A stretch of DNA of 64,000 nt from a virus (IMGVR_UViG_3300032312_001355:1-64000); one strand, 5' to 3'. Shown: positions 35,967-46,838, counted from the stretch's first letter. Notes: generated from the sequence alone by a model not told the origin. Made by a program: numbers and translations.

Positions 35967-36025
35967 GGAAAGGCGGGCATCGAGCCGATGGTTTTTAAAC
36001 TACGGTTTGTGCCCGCCTTCTTACT
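35967..36025 (+). terminator. Hairpin or terminator after the tail tube gene
   Basis: AAGGCGGGCA...TGCCCGCCTT stem followed by CTTACTT. Confidence 0.6.
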
Positions 36026-36043
36026 TAGAGACGAGGTGAGAGT

Positions 36044-37177
36044 ATGAGTAATCTTTGGGTAACACCAGAAGAGCTAGGTACATACGCTAATTCAGATTAT
36101 GCCTACGAAGCTTGTAAATCAGCCTCTTATTTACTTTGGGGAATGTCAGGCCGCAAATTTAGCGGTGTAACAACAGTAACAGAACGATATGTATCTTCTT
36201 ACGATCCATACCTTCGATCAGGTGGATCTAGTCTTGTTTACAGCCCAATTTTAATAAATGGAGATGTTGTAAATATGGCCTCTGGTGGTCGATACGCAGA
36301 GGATGATTTTCAAGGTGATGGTACATCTTCAAACTCCCGTGTCCGCCTTCGTGGTCGCAAGGTAGTTAAAATACATACTCTTCGTGACCTTGATGGAAAT
36401 ATTATAGAACCAAGTAAGTATTATCTTTCTGACCACTCAACAATTTTTGGAGTTGCAGGATCAGGATGGTCACCTTCTCAAGTAGAGGTTACCTACACAT
36501 ATGGAAGCCCTGCACCTTCAGCAGGTCGTGCAGCAGCTCGTGTTTTGGCTACAGAACTTGTTAAGCTTTACGAAGATGACGACACATGTGCCCTTCCTCA
36601 GAGAGTTACATCTATAAGTCGTCAAGGTGTTTCATATACTCTTCTTGATAATCAAGATTTTATTGATGAACTTAAAACAGGCATATATGCTATTGATCTT
36701 TTTCTAAAAACAGTAAACCCAGACAAGGCTCGTGCTCGTTCTCGTGTATTTAGCCCAGACCAGCCGCGAGCTCGTCGTATCACGGGGGCATCTCCTCTTT
36801 ACCCACTTAGCGCATTTGACCTATATTCGACTGCAGATGGGGCATCTAACATCTATTATTTCTCAGAGATTAATGCAGATTTTATTGATGGAAGTAATGC
36901 TTGGACTATTCAAATAGATTTTTCTGATATTAATAGCAACACAACGACAACTATTCCTAATGCTGCTGTTATTGATAGAGTAGAAAATACAATAAGAGTG
37001 AGTGCAACTTACAAACAAGTATTAGATGTAATAGGACCTCGTGATCCAGGTATTTTAGATATGTACGCTGTACGACCAAGTCTTGCAAATCCAGCTGTTT
37101 CCGAGATTGTTCATTTAATTTCTAGTAACATTATCATGCAACTAGGCGAACGAACAATTCCAATCTATACTGTATAA
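36044..37177 (+). CDS. Head-to-tail adaptor
   Basis: ASYLLW.MSGRKF.G..EVTYTYG..GRAAA..LA.E..CALPQRVTSISRQGVS pattern; position. Confidence 0.75.
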   Translation: MSNLWVTPEELGTYANSDYAYEACKSASYLLWGMSGRKFSGVTTVTERYVSSYDPYLRSGGSSLVYSPILINGDVVNMASGGRYAEDDFQGDGTSSNSRVRLRGRKVVKIHTLRDLDGNIIEPSKYYLSDHSTIFGVAGSGWSPSQVEVTYTYGSPAPSAGRAAARVLATELVKLYEDDDTCALPQRVTSISRQGVSYTLLDNQDFIDELKTGIYAIDLFLKTVNPDKARARSRVFSPDQPRARRITGASPLYPLSAFDLYSTADGASNIYYFSEINADFIDGSNAWTIQIDFSDINSNTTTTIPNAAVIDRVENTIRVSATYKQVLDVIGPRDPGILDMYAVRPSLANPAVSEIVHLISSNIIMQLGERTIPIYTV

Positions 37178-37205
37178 CTAGAGAAACTAAAAGACAAGAG
37201 GACAT

Positions 37206-37712
37206 ATGGGATTAAATGTAGATCCAGCAACAGTATCTAGCGATGCTAAGAATTTAGCTAACCTTATGCAAAATGTGCTTAATGCTGTAATTGATACATA
37301 TACTTCCTATACGATGCCATTACCGGGTCGTCGCTATTGGACACTAGGTTCTCCAGCTGTTGACTGCGAGCAAGTAGTTGTTTCTATGTTGCAGATGTAT
37401 ATTGGATCTCCAGGAGATGAAGCAACATCTCCACGCAGATGTAATGATCCTCGCTCAGTGACCCTTCTGGTTCAAGTTTCTCGTGAAGTTCCTACAGTAG
37501 GAGCAAATGGCAGATCACCATCTGCAGATGCAATTCAAGATGGGTCAGAGATTTCTGCATACGATGCATGGATTCTGTTGGATAGCTCAAGACTATTAGA
37601 CCGCTGGGATCCAGCTAACTTTGGTCTTGGTGTTATTGCAACAGTAGAAACCAACGCTCCTGAGGGCGGGTTTCAAACAGTAAGTATGACTATAACTATG
37701 GCGGTTCCGTAA
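37206..37712 (+). CDS. Tail terminator or neck protein
   Basis: PAVDCEQVVV and EGG..T motifs; position. Confidence 0.55.
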   Translation: MGLNVDPATVSSDAKNLANLMQNVLNAVIDTYTSYTMPLPGRRYWTLGSPAVDCEQVVVSMLQMYIGSPGDEATSPRRCNDPRSVTLLVQVSREVPTVGANGRSPSADAIQDGSEISAYDAWILLDSSRLLDRWDPANFGLGVIATVETNAPEGGFQTVSMTITMAVP

Positions 37713-38095
37713 TGGCTAGAGTTAAGTTTTACGATTCAGTTTTAGATAACTTCCTAAACAATCCAAATGGAGAAGTAGGTAGATTTCTAAATGAAAAAGG
37801 AGAAGAAATAATTACAGCTGCCAGAGCAATGGTAGGTGTAAGAACTGGAAGTCTTCGTAGTTCTATTCATATGAGACATATGAGAGATCCACGAGGTCAA
37901 CGTATCTGGGTTGGGTCAACCTTAGATTACGCATTAGCACACCATGAAGGAACTGCTCCTCGATTAGTAGCCTCAAAAAGCGGAAAAATGCTTAGGTTTG
38001 TTTCTAGAGGACAAATTGTTTATGCACATGCAGTTCTACATCCAGGTAATGAAGCTAATCGTTATCTAAGTAAAGCTCTTAAAGCCAAGATATAA
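37712..38095 (+). CDS. HK97 gp10-like tail completion protein
   Basis: VRTGSLRSSI..YAL.HHEGT..LRF..V.HPG. Confidence 0.7.
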   Translation: MARVKFYDSVLDNFLNNPNGEVGRFLNEKGEEIITAARAMVGVRTGSLRSSIHMRHMRDPRGQRIWVGSTLDYALAHHEGTAPRLVASKSGKMLRFVSRGQIVYAHAVLHPGNEANRYLSKALKAKI

Positions 38096-38123
38096 TTACT
38101 ACAACGACAGATAAGGAAAACTG

Positions 38124-38492
38124 ATGACAACACGATTTAAAGATTTTGGGTCTGGTGGAGATCAAAACACCGAGCCAATTCTGTTTAAGCTTCATGGAGA
38201 AGAGTTTGAATGCGTAAAAAACCTTCAAGGAAACGCTCTTCTTAATCTTGTTGCAAAGGCTGGCAGTGGAGAGCCAGGCGATGCAGCAGAGACAATTAAA
38301 GACATCTTCTCACGAGCTCTTGTGGAAGAAAGCTACACAAGATTCGTCAAACTCATTGACGATAAGGAAAAGATTGTAACTGTGGAAACACTAGGCGCTA
38401 TCACCGCTTGGTTAGTAGAACAGTACTCAGGCCGTCCTACGCAGGGGCCAGAGCAATCGCAGAGTGGGCAGTCGACCTCTGGCCTTATGTAA
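38124..38492 (+). CDS. Tail assembly chaperone
   Basis: Size and position two genes before the tape measure. Confidence 0.7.
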   Translation: MTTRFKDFGSGGDQNTEPILFKLHGEEFECVKNLQGNALLNLVAKAGSGEPGDAAETIKDIFSRALVEESYTRFVKLIDDKEKIVTVETLGAITAWLVEQYSGRPTQGPEQSQSGQSTSGLM

Positions 38493-38842
38493 ATGGTAAA
38501 GCTCTAACAAACGGATTGAAATTGGCAAATATGGATATGGCAGACATGCTAGATGTGATGCACTATTACATGGAAACCGATTTTAATGTGTCAAATGCTG
38601 AACAAGCGGAAGCTCGTGATAAAGCAAGGAGCATTATCTACACAAGTTTATATAACAAACAATATAAACTTACTGTAAAAAGCAATAACCATTCTCAGAC
38701 TAACGCAAGTGGTTTTGAGGAAAATTTTGCTGACAACGACCCCTTAAAAGGTCCTACGAAGTCATATGTCCCACCGACAGACTTCAATGCAGACTCCGAA
38801 AAACCTTTCGGAGACATTTTAGATTCACCATTAGGTAGCTAG
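38408..38842 (+). CDS. Second tail assembly chaperone segment (possible -1 frameshift product)
   Basis: Overlaps the first chaperone in the -1 frame; protein-like WAVDLWPYVNGKAL..DMLDV.HYY.E.D begins inside the overlap. Confidence 0.6.
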   Translation: MVSRTVLRPSYAGARAIAEWAVDLWPYVNGKALTNGLKLANMDMADMLDVMHYYMETDFNVSNAEQAEARDKARSIIYTSLYNKQYKLTVKSNNHSQTNASGFEENFADNDPLKGPTKSYVPPTDFNADSEKPFGDILDSPLGS

Positions 38843-38853
38843 GAGGTGATGGC

Positions 38854-41800
38854 ATGGCAGTTGTAGGCGAGGCATCGGTAATTGTTCGTGCCGTCACCAC
38901 TAGCGTAAAAAATGATATTCAAAAAGCTTTTGACGGAGCTGGTCGAGTAGGTGAACGTGCTGGAGCTGATGCAGGTTCTAGCTTTAGTAGAGGGTTTAAA
39001 AGCAACAACAATGTTGGAGCTCTCTTTGGCAAAAACTTATCTCAAAGAGATATAAATGTATTTAAACAAGCAAGAGAGCAATTTCTTTCTCTTGCAAGAG
39101 TTGGTTACACCTTAGGTGCTTCTCTTACAGCTCTAGGCGGAATTATTGGTGGTGTAATTGGTGGTTTAGGTACTTTAGTAGCAGTTGTTGGTGGAGCTAC
39201 TCCAGCTTTATTAGGTTTATCTGGTGCATTTTTAGCCGTTGCTGCCTCGGCAGCTGTACTTAGGGCAACTTTTGGCGGTGTAGGGGAAGCTATTAGCGCA
39301 GGTGCAAAGGTAGGACAAAATGCAGCTGCAGATGCAGATAGACTTGCTGCAGCAAACGATAGATTAGCAGATGCTTATTACAATTTAGATGAAACTGCTC
39401 GAGACAATGCTAAAAGAAAAGCAGATGCTGTAGAGGCAGAGTCTGATGCAGCTATTGCAGTTGCAGATGCAGCTATTGCTGTTGAAAGAGCTGAACGATC
39501 TTATCAAGGCGCTGTTAAAAATACTCAAAAAGCTCTTGAAGAAGTTACAGAAGCTCGTGAAGAAGCTAAAGAAGCAATCCAACAGCTTCGCTTTGAGCTT
39601 GAAGGCGGAGTTATTTCTGAAAAGAAAGCACGCCTTGAGTTTGAAAAAGCTCGTGATTCTTTGCAACGCGTTCAAGATCTTCCACCTAACTCTCGTGCTC
39701 GTCGTGAAGCAGAACTTGCTTTTGCTGAAGCCGATCTTAATCTTCGCCGTGCAATTGATAAAAATAACGATCTCCGTAAATCAACTGCAAAGGCAAATCG
39801 TGAAGGTGTAGATGGAAATAAGGTAGTAATTGCCGCACAGGAGAAATTAGCAGAAGCTAAAACATCTGAAAGCGATGCTCAGATAGATGCTGCACGATCA
39901 ACTATTACTTATAGAGAAGCTCTAGAAGACCTCAAAAAAGCACAAGATGCTTTAACAGATGGAGGAGAAGTAGATCGTCAAAATCTTCGTGCTCTAGAGC
40001 TTGCTAATAGAGAGCTTGAATCTGCAATTAAAGCTCAGGCTGCAGCTGCTAAGGGCTCTGGTTTTGATGAATATAAAGCTGCTTTAGATAAACTTTCACC
40101 AGCTGCACAAGACTTTGTAAAATATATTCTTAGCCTAAAAGATGCATTTGAAGAGCTTAGAAAGAAACTTCAAGAAGCTTTTTTCCCTAAATTTACTGAG
40201 GCAGTTAAGCTTCTTGTAGAAACTCTTTTACCTGCTTTAGAGCAGTCTTTAATAACACTTGCAGCAAAACTTGGAGAATTATCTTTACTTTTTGCACAAG
40301 CATTTACAACTCCTAAAAAAGTAGAAGAATTAAAAACTATTTTTGACTCTTTTACCCCCATAATTGATGCTTTAGGTAAGGCATTTATTGCTCTTGCTTC
40401 AGCATTTGTAACTCTTCAAGCAGCATTTACTCCTTACACAATCGAGTTTGCTCAGTTTATTCAAAAGAAAGCAGAAGCTTTCCAAAAGACTGTAGAGTTA
40501 AAAGAGGCTACTGGCGAGCTAGCCACAATCTACAAAAATGCAACAGACATTGTTAGAGGCTTTGGAGAAGCCTTTGGCAATGCATTTAGTGCTTTTGGAA
40601 CTATTATTGCTGCTGCTGTTGGGCCAGGAAGTGCTGGAGAGTTCTTTACTAACTGGCTAATTGGTATTACTGAAAAATGGGAAACAGCTACAAAAGCATT
40701 AAGTGAGTCTGGAGAGCTTCAGACATTTCTTTTAGGTTTAACTGAAAACTTCACAAAGATACTTGAAATTATTGGCCTTATTGGTCTAGGAATGATTAAG
40801 ATTGCAGCAACAGAAGGCTTTGGCTATTTCCTAGATAGATTAAAAGAGTCGGTTATAGAGTTTAATAAACTAGGTGTAAGTATTGCAGATAAAGCTTTAC
40901 CTGCATTTGGTGATTTTATTCTTGCATTTACAAGATTTATTGTTTTATTTGCTGATGCTGGCGCCATTGCAGTTTTCTTTAATACTCTTGCTGCAATTCT
41001 TAACACCATAGTTGCATTACTAGATAATGAAGTAGGAAGAGCTGTACTTGCAGTAACTGGCTCTATGCTTGCTTTCTCTGCAGCTACAGGACTGGCAAGT
41101 AAAGCTGCATTGTTCTATGCAAACTCACTAAAGGGAGCTGTAATAGGCGGAGTAGCATTTGGACAAAATCTTGCACTACTACTACAGAAAGTTCCTTTGT
41201 TAGGCGGTTTTGCCACACAGCTAGGAGTTAGGATGGCAGGACTTACTGGAATTATTGCAGCAGGTGGAGCGCCTCTCTGGGCCCTTGTAGCGGCAGTTGT
41301 AGCTGTTCTTGCAATATTTAAACTTGCTTACGATGCTAGCGAGAATTTAAGAAATGCTGTATCTGGTTTAACTGCAGGTATAAAAAATGCTTTAAGTAAA
41401 GCTTTTGAAGATATCAAAAGAACTATTCAAGAAGTTTTTCCTGTGTTTAAAGGAACTTCAGACTTCTTTAAAGACATAGGAGATATCCTTGCTATAACTT
41501 TGGTACCTATTCTTGGGCGCTTAGCTGGTATCTTGATTGGAACTGTGTCTGGAGCTTTCCAAAGAGTTATTTACTTTATTGGAGCTGCAAAAGACTTTAT
41601 AATGATTTTTGCTAATATATTCCAAGGAGTGTTTAAACTTCTCACTGGAGATGTTTCAGGTGCTGTAGATGAAATGAAGCAAGTATTTACAAGTTTAGGT
41701 AACTTTATAAAAAATATTCTTAAGGGTGTTGCAGCACCATTTGTAGGAGCTCTTAACGGAGTTATCGATGTATGGAATGGCGCAGCTGGTAAGTTTAAGG

Positions 41801-42138
41801 TAAACATTCCAAAGTGGGTACCTATTATTGGAGGAAATGTATACAGTCTTCCTCAAATACCAAGAATTAACCTAGCAAATCTTGCAGAAGGCGGAATTGT
41901 TATGCCATCTATGGGTGGAACAATTGCCCGTATTGGTGAAGCTGGTCGTCCAGAGCGTGTAGAGCCTCTTGATCCAAGCGGGCTATCAAAGCGTGATAGA
42001 GCATTAATTGAAATGCTTGCTGGTCCTGCTGGCGGTATTAATATCACTGTAAATCCATCTGCTGGTATGGACGAGCGTGAGCTTGCTGCTCTTGTTTCTC
42101 GTCAACTTGCATTCCAAATGCGTAAAGGTGCTGCATAA
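38854..42138 (+). CDS. Tape measure protein
   Basis: 1094 aa, Ala/Gly-rich helical, coiled-coil middle; N-terminal VVGEASVIVRA; C-terminal LAEGGIV..IGEAGRPE.V.PL. Confidence 0.9.
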   Translation: MAVVGEASVIVRAVTTSVKNDIQKAFDGAGRVGERAGADAGSSFSRGFKSNNNVGALFGKNLSQRDINVFKQAREQFLSLARVGYTLGASLTALGGIIGGVIGGLGTLVAVVGGATPALLGLSGAFLAVAASAAVLRATFGGVGEAISAGAKVGQNAAADADRLAAANDRLADAYYNLDETARDNAKRKADAVEAESDAAIAVADAAIAVERAERSYQGAVKNTQKALEEVTEAREEAKEAIQQLRFELEGGVISEKKARLEFEKARDSLQRVQDLPPNSRARREAELAFAEADLNLRRAIDKNNDLRKSTAKANREGVDGNKVVIAAQEKLAEAKTSESDAQIDAARSTITYREALEDLKKAQDALTDGGEVDRQNLRALELANRELESAIKAQAAAAKGSGFDEYKAALDKLSPAAQDFVKYILSLKDAFEELRKKLQEAFFPKFTEAVKLLVETLLPALEQSLITLAAKLGELSLLFAQAFTTPKKVEELKTIFDSFTPIIDALGKAFIALASAFVTLQAAFTPYTIEFAQFIQKKAEAFQKTVELKEATGELATIYKNATDIVRGFGEAFGNAFSAFGTIIAAAVGPGSAGEFFTNWLIGITEKWETATKALSESGELQTFLLGLTENFTKILEIIGLIGLGMIKIAATEGFGYFLDRLKESVIEFNKLGVSIADKALPAFGDFILAFTRFIVLFADAGAIAVFFNTLAAILNTIVALLDNEVGRAVLAVTGSMLAFSAATGLASKAALFYANSLKGAVIGGVAFGQNLALLLQKVPLLGGFATQLGVRMAGLTGIIAAGGAPLWALVAAVVAVLAIFKLAYDASENLRNAVSGLTAGIKNALSKAFEDIKRTIQEVFPVFKGTSDFFKDIGDILAITLVPILGRLAGILIGTVSGAFQRVIYFIGAAKDFIMIFANIFQGVFKLLTGDVSGAVDEMKQVFTSLGNFIKNILKGVAAPFVGALNGVIDVWNGAAGKFKVNIPKWVPIIGGNVYSLPQIPRINLANLAEGGIVMPSMGGTIARIGEAGRPERVEPLDPSGLSKRDRALIEMLAGPAGGINITVNPSAGMDERELAALVSRQLAFQMRKGAA

Positions 42139-44762
42139 TGGCTGAAGTATTTAATCAAAGAGAAGAAAACAGCACGGTAGATCGTTCTTTAATTCCGCTT
42201 CAACAGCCTCATTTGACTGGAATGAAGCTACAAGGCGATATTGCCTTGGGTGAATTTCTTTTTAACACAATTGACCAGTACGGCGTTGTTTGGGTCATTA
42301 CAGAAATTGAAGGTTGGTGGCAACACCCAGAACCAGACATGCCAGACATTCCTCGTGGTTTTGGCGACGGTTCTTACGACATTAAAGGTCGCTACCAAGC
42401 AAGAATTCTTAACCTACAAGGAAGCTTCTTAACTCCTGACCCATCTTTAGTTGAAGCAGCTCGTGACCGTCTTATTGCCGCCACAAACCTTGTATACAGA
42501 GGTGCTTGGCTTAAGACAGGTATTGAGTCTGACAACAAACGTTCATCTTTTGTAAGACTTAGCGGTGCACCAAACATTCAAACTGTTACAGCAAGAGGTC
42601 GCACAGACTTTTCTATTGGACTAAAAGCAGCAGACCCAATTAAATATGCGTGGAATGACTCCGACCCAGATGGCTATGAAAGAGTTGAAATTCCAGCTAC
42701 TAATAGAACTACTGGTGCTACTGGAGTAGAGACTATTACCAACATCGGAAATGTTGATGTTCCAGTTAATTTTGAAATTTCTGGACCTATTACAGGACCT
42801 GCTCGTATTTACAATAGAACTACAGATAAGCTTCTTTATATTGTCTCTAACCTTAGAGGACGTTTAACATCTTCAATTGTTAATAAGCAATTAGACTTTG
42901 ATGAAGATATCTTAGAAGATATTGTAACTCTAACCACTACTACAGCTCACGGGTACTTGCAAGGAGATACAGTAGAAATTAGTGGACTTGCAGAGTCTGA
43001 TCTTAATGGAGACTTTACTATTACAGAGGTTCCTACAGCTACAACATTTAAATACAGCCTCTTCCCTCTTAATGCAGCTATTACAAAAGCCGTTGTTGCA
43101 AAAAAGTTAGTAAGCAATGTAGCTACAATTTTTACAAAAGAAGCGCATGGTTTTGCTGTAGGAAATACTGTTTTTCTAAAAGATATAGACTCTGTTTTTG
43201 ACGGTAATTATAGAATTGACACTGTGCCAACACCTACAACTTTTACTTATGCAAAAAATCGTAGTACCGCTAGAACTGTCACTGGAGCAATTTTAGTTTC
43301 TAATACAGCTACTTTGACTACTACCGAGCCTCACGGTGTTGTTGAAGGTGAAGATGTAACTATTTCAGGTTTAGATCAAAATTATAACGGAACCTACACT
43401 GTAACATCTGTCCCATCTACAACAACATTTAGCTATACAAAAACAAGAACAGACGCTAGAGCTATATCTTCAAGGTCTATGACTAATGATGTTGCAACAA
43501 TTACAATGGATGCAACTCACGGTTTTGTTCAAAATGAACTAGTTGAGGTCTCTGGTATGGATAGAACCGCTACTCAGACTGCCATAGGTTTTGAAAATGC
43601 ATTTAATGGAACATTTACAATTAAAAGTATCCCTTCTGCTTCTTCCTTTACATACGATGTCCCTAGACTTTTTAGCTCTACAATAACTACAACTTCACGT
43701 TCTGCAAATGTTGCATCTGTTACTGTTGCAGAAAGTATCTCGGCATTTGTTGGAGACACGGTAGTTATTCAAGATTTAGCAAATAACTCTTATAACGGAA
43801 CATTCACTGTCACAGCTGTTCTTAGCAGTACTACTTATGTATTTGCATCTGTTGGAACAGATGAGGCACCTATTGGCGTATCTACAGGAAAAATAACTTT
43901 ACTTTCTGCAGAACCCGTAGTTGCTGTTGTTGCTGGTGGAAATTTTGATCTTGTTTTCCCAAGAGAGCACAGCTTTATTGTTGGAGAGTCTGTGGTTGTT
44001 TCTGGGCTAGGATCTGATTACAACGGAACATATACGGTATTAGATACTCCGCAGTTTAACGTTATCCGTTTAAATGGAGTTGGTAAGCCAGCAACAAGTT
44101 CAAGTACATTAAACCCTCCTATTTCTTTGAGGGCAAGAACAGGTAATACTGTAACAATTACTACATCTACTCCACATAATTTAGTTAATGGTCAATATGT
44201 TAGAGTAAATTTGTCAGATGTTGGTTTAGGTGGAACATGGGTTGCTACTGTAACTGGAGCAAATACATTTACATACACAACGCCAACTTCTGGAACTATT
44301 GCATCGGCAGCGCCAAGTGCAGGATCTGGTATTGCTGGAGCTAAGATTACACGTTTGCGATCTGTAGCTAGCACTGTAGATGCAGGAGAAGCTAGAGTAG
44401 GTGGTGGTCTTCCATTTGCATCATACACTTCTGGAACTGCATCAATTGGTGGAAACATAGTAAATTCTGATGGAAGCGAATTAGAAGCATCTGGCATTGC
44501 CGTTAAAAAAGCTAATATACCTTTTACTCCAGGCCTAACTGGTGCATTGGCAGACTTTGGCCCCGATGTTTTGGAAGTTGATACATTAACTAGAGATGTC
44601 GCTCTAAATGGAAACTATGAAGGTGCTAGAGCAAAGCTTGATGTCCTTACTGATTTTTTCTTCTTACAACCGGGAAACAATGAGATAGAGTTTGCTGATG
44701 ATAAAAACTCTGTAAGTACTGGATTACTAAAGGTGTTTTATAGGTCTGGTTGGCTAGGTTAA
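42138..44762 (+). CDS. Distal tail (Dit)-like protein with 7 inserted beta-rich repeats
   Basis: N-terminal GWW..P..RGFGDG..L.A.DP.KY..NIGNV.VP..I.GP and C-terminal FF.L.PGNNEI.F..YRSGW flank the repeats. Confidence 0.8.
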   Translation: MAEVFNQREENSTVDRSLIPLQQPHLTGMKLQGDIALGEFLFNTIDQYGVVWVITEIEGWWQHPEPDMPDIPRGFGDGSYDIKGRYQARILNLQGSFLTPDPSLVEAARDRLIAATNLVYRGAWLKTGIESDNKRSSFVRLSGAPNIQTVTARGRTDFSIGLKAADPIKYAWNDSDPDGYERVEIPATNRTTGATGVETITNIGNVDVPVNFEISGPITGPARIYNRTTDKLLYIVSNLRGRLTSSIVNKQLDFDEDILEDIVTLTTTTAHGYLQGDTVEISGLAESDLNGDFTITEVPTATTFKYSLFPLNAAITKAVVAKKLVSNVATIFTKEAHGFAVGNTVFLKDIDSVFDGNYRIDTVPTPTTFTYAKNRSTARTVTGAILVSNTATLTTTEPHGVVEGEDVTISGLDQNYNGTYTVTSVPSTTTFSYTKTRTDARAISSRSMTNDVATITMDATHGFVQNELVEVSGMDRTATQTAIGFENAFNGTFTIKSIPSASSFTYDVPRLFSSTITTTSRSANVASVTVAESISAFVGDTVVIQDLANNSYNGTFTVTAVLSSTTYVFASVGTDEAPIGVSTGKITLLSAEPVVAVVAGGNFDLVFPREHSFIVGESVVVSGLGSDYNGTYTVLDTPQFNVIRLNGVGKPATSSSTLNPPISLRARTGNTVTITTSTPHNLVNGQYVRVNLSDVGLGGTWVATVTGANTFTYTTPTSGTIASAAPSAGSGIAGAKITRLRSVASTVDAGEARVGGGLPFASYTSGTASIGGNIVNSDGSELEASGIAVKKANIPFTPGLTGALADFGPDVLEVDTLTRDVALNGNYEGARAKLDVLTDFFFLQPGNNEIEFADDKNSVSTGLLKVFYRSGWLG

Positions 44763-44774
44763 AAAAGGATAAAA

Positions 44775-46838
44775 ATGACATCAATAGACGCAACACTAAC
44801 AGACGTTAATTATCGATACTTTCTTACAGACTTAGTCTCTAACGAAGTTTTAGCAGAAGTTCCTTTTTCTGGGGTTAACTATGAAAGACAGCTTCGTAAA
44901 GCTGGTGCTTTTAGTGGAACCATCCCTGTAATTGCTGCTACCAATAAGTTAAATTTGTATGAGGCAACTATGCCAGGCCGAACTGGTCTATATGTTATGC
45001 GTAATGATGTTTGCGTATGGGGAGGAATTGTCTGGGCTAGAAAATATGATGAGTCTAGTAAAAGTCTGACAGTTGATGCTTCAGAGTTTACAAGCTATTT
45101 CTATCATAGACACATTTGGCAAACTTTAGTTTATGGATCTGAATATATTGGAGTTTCTTCTTTTTCTGTAAGTAATGGGGTTGCCTCAATTGTTACTGGA
45201 GAAGCTCATGGATTTAAGCAAGACGATTTTGTAAAAGTAACTTTTACTAACCCTTCTGTAGATGGAACTCATCAGATAACTGCTGTGACAAGTCCTACAA
45301 GTTTTAACTATATTGTTGCAGCTCCTAATGTTGGCTCGACTGCTATAAACGGCGGCGCTGCAAGAAAGCTTATAGATACCTACGACTTTGTAAGAGATCT
45401 TCTTTTCCAAGTTGCCACCGATATTTCTGTAACAACAGATGCTCGTCCAGGATTTTTTGCTAATGATGTTATAGAGCCAGGAAAAACTATAGAGGCCTCG
45501 GTTATCTCTAAGAAAAGAGATGAAGGGCTTGTTACTATTAAAACTCTTGAAGACCATGAAGTAGTTCCTGGTCAACAGTTTGAGTTAGTTGAAGTAGATT
45601 CAACGTTTAATGGTTATCATATAGCTAGCCAAGTTCCTGACAGTAAAACTGTAATTTTTGAGGATAGAGGAGGAAATATTCCTTTAACCACAGTGCCAGG
45701 TATAAGAACTTTCTTTGTTACAAACAAGGTTCTTACTAGTAATATAGCCACAGTAACCACTCATATTCCTCACGGGATAACTGTTGGTCAAAGCTTTACT
45801 TTGTCTGATGTAGATTCTTTCTTCAATCAACGTCTAGATGAAAACTTTAACGGAACTTATATCGCTACAGCTACAACCTCCAACACTATAAGTTATGCAA
45901 AAGAGAATATTAGAAATATTGCATCTTCTGTAGTATCTGGTGGAACTGTCAGTGTAGGAAGTAAGCTAGTTTATGGGACTTATGGCCCGTATGCTTCAAA
46001 CTCAGATTTAGGCATTGAAGTTGGAACTAACGAGACAAGTAATCTATATCAAGATACTCAATATTTAAGAGGTTTTGAGCTTAAAAGTGTTGGAGAGATT
46101 TTAGAAGACTACTCTAATAATCTTAATGGTTTTGAGTATCGAATTGATTGCGATTATGATTTAACTACTGCATCTTTTACTAGAACTCTTACTTTACTTA
46201 ATATTGAAAATCCTAATCCTATAGCGGATACTTTAGTAGGTATTACAGATGCAGAAAGACTTGGATATAATCAAATTATCTTTGAGTACCCCGGAAGTAT
46301 TTCAACATTTAGCATTGAAGAAAGTGCTGAAGATGCGGCCACTCGTTTCTTTGTAGAGGGAAACATTTCAGATTTATCAGATGCTGCAAGTCAGCCATAC
46401 GCTGTAGCTGCAGATATATCTCTACTTAACAATCCTGTTGGTAAAAGTTGGCCGCTACTAGATCAAGTTGAAGTAGTAAATAACACAGGAGATGAAGAGG
46501 TTTTATATGAATACGCTAAAGAGTATTTATATGAGTCAAAGCCTCCGATGGGAGAGTTTAGTTTGACAGTAAACGGATCTTTGACTCCTGTACTTGGAAC
46601 ATACAACCCAGGAGATTGGTGCTCACTTATCATTGATGATCCATTTGTTTTAGCTCGTCTTGCAGATGATCAAGAACCAAGAGATGACATTATTGTTAGA
46701 AAAATTGCATCATATAAAGTTTCAGTTCCAGATAATCCTGCTTTCCCAGAAACTGTAACCCTAGAGCTAATTACAGACTGGAAAGTTGACACGGCTGGAG
46801 AAGAAGCTGGTCTTAGTAGAAATATAGAAGGAGACTAA
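44775..46838 (+). CDS. Tail tip or baseplate hub minor tail protein with 3 inserted repeats
   Basis: LAEVP..V.Y...L.KAG.FSG..VWGGIVW; GFEYRID; FEYPG.I; follows Dit. Confidence 0.75.
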   Translation: MTSIDATLTDVNYRYFLTDLVSNEVLAEVPFSGVNYERQLRKAGAFSGTIPVIAATNKLNLYEATMPGRTGLYVMRNDVCVWGGIVWARKYDESSKSLTVDASEFTSYFYHRHIWQTLVYGSEYIGVSSFSVSNGVASIVTGEAHGFKQDDFVKVTFTNPSVDGTHQITAVTSPTSFNYIVAAPNVGSTAINGGAARKLIDTYDFVRDLLFQVATDISVTTDARPGFFANDVIEPGKTIEASVISKKRDEGLVTIKTLEDHEVVPGQQFELVEVDSTFNGYHIASQVPDSKTVIFEDRGGNIPLTTVPGIRTFFVTNKVLTSNIATVTTHIPHGITVGQSFTLSDVDSFFNQRLDENFNGTYIATATTSNTISYAKENIRNIASSVVSGGTVSVGSKLVYGTYGPYASNSDLGIEVGTNETSNLYQDTQYLRGFELKSVGEILEDYSNNLNGFEYRIDCDYDLTTASFTRTLTLLNIENPNPIADTLVGITDAERLGYNQIIFEYPGSISTFSIEESAEDAATRFFVEGNISDLSDAASQPYAVAADISLLNNPVGKSWPLLDQVEVVNNTGDEEVLYEYAKEYLYESKPPMGEFSLTVNGSLTPVLGTYNPGDWCSLIIDDPFVLARLADDQEPRDDIIVRKIASYKVSVPDNPAFPETVTLELITDWKVDTAGEEAGLSRNIEGD

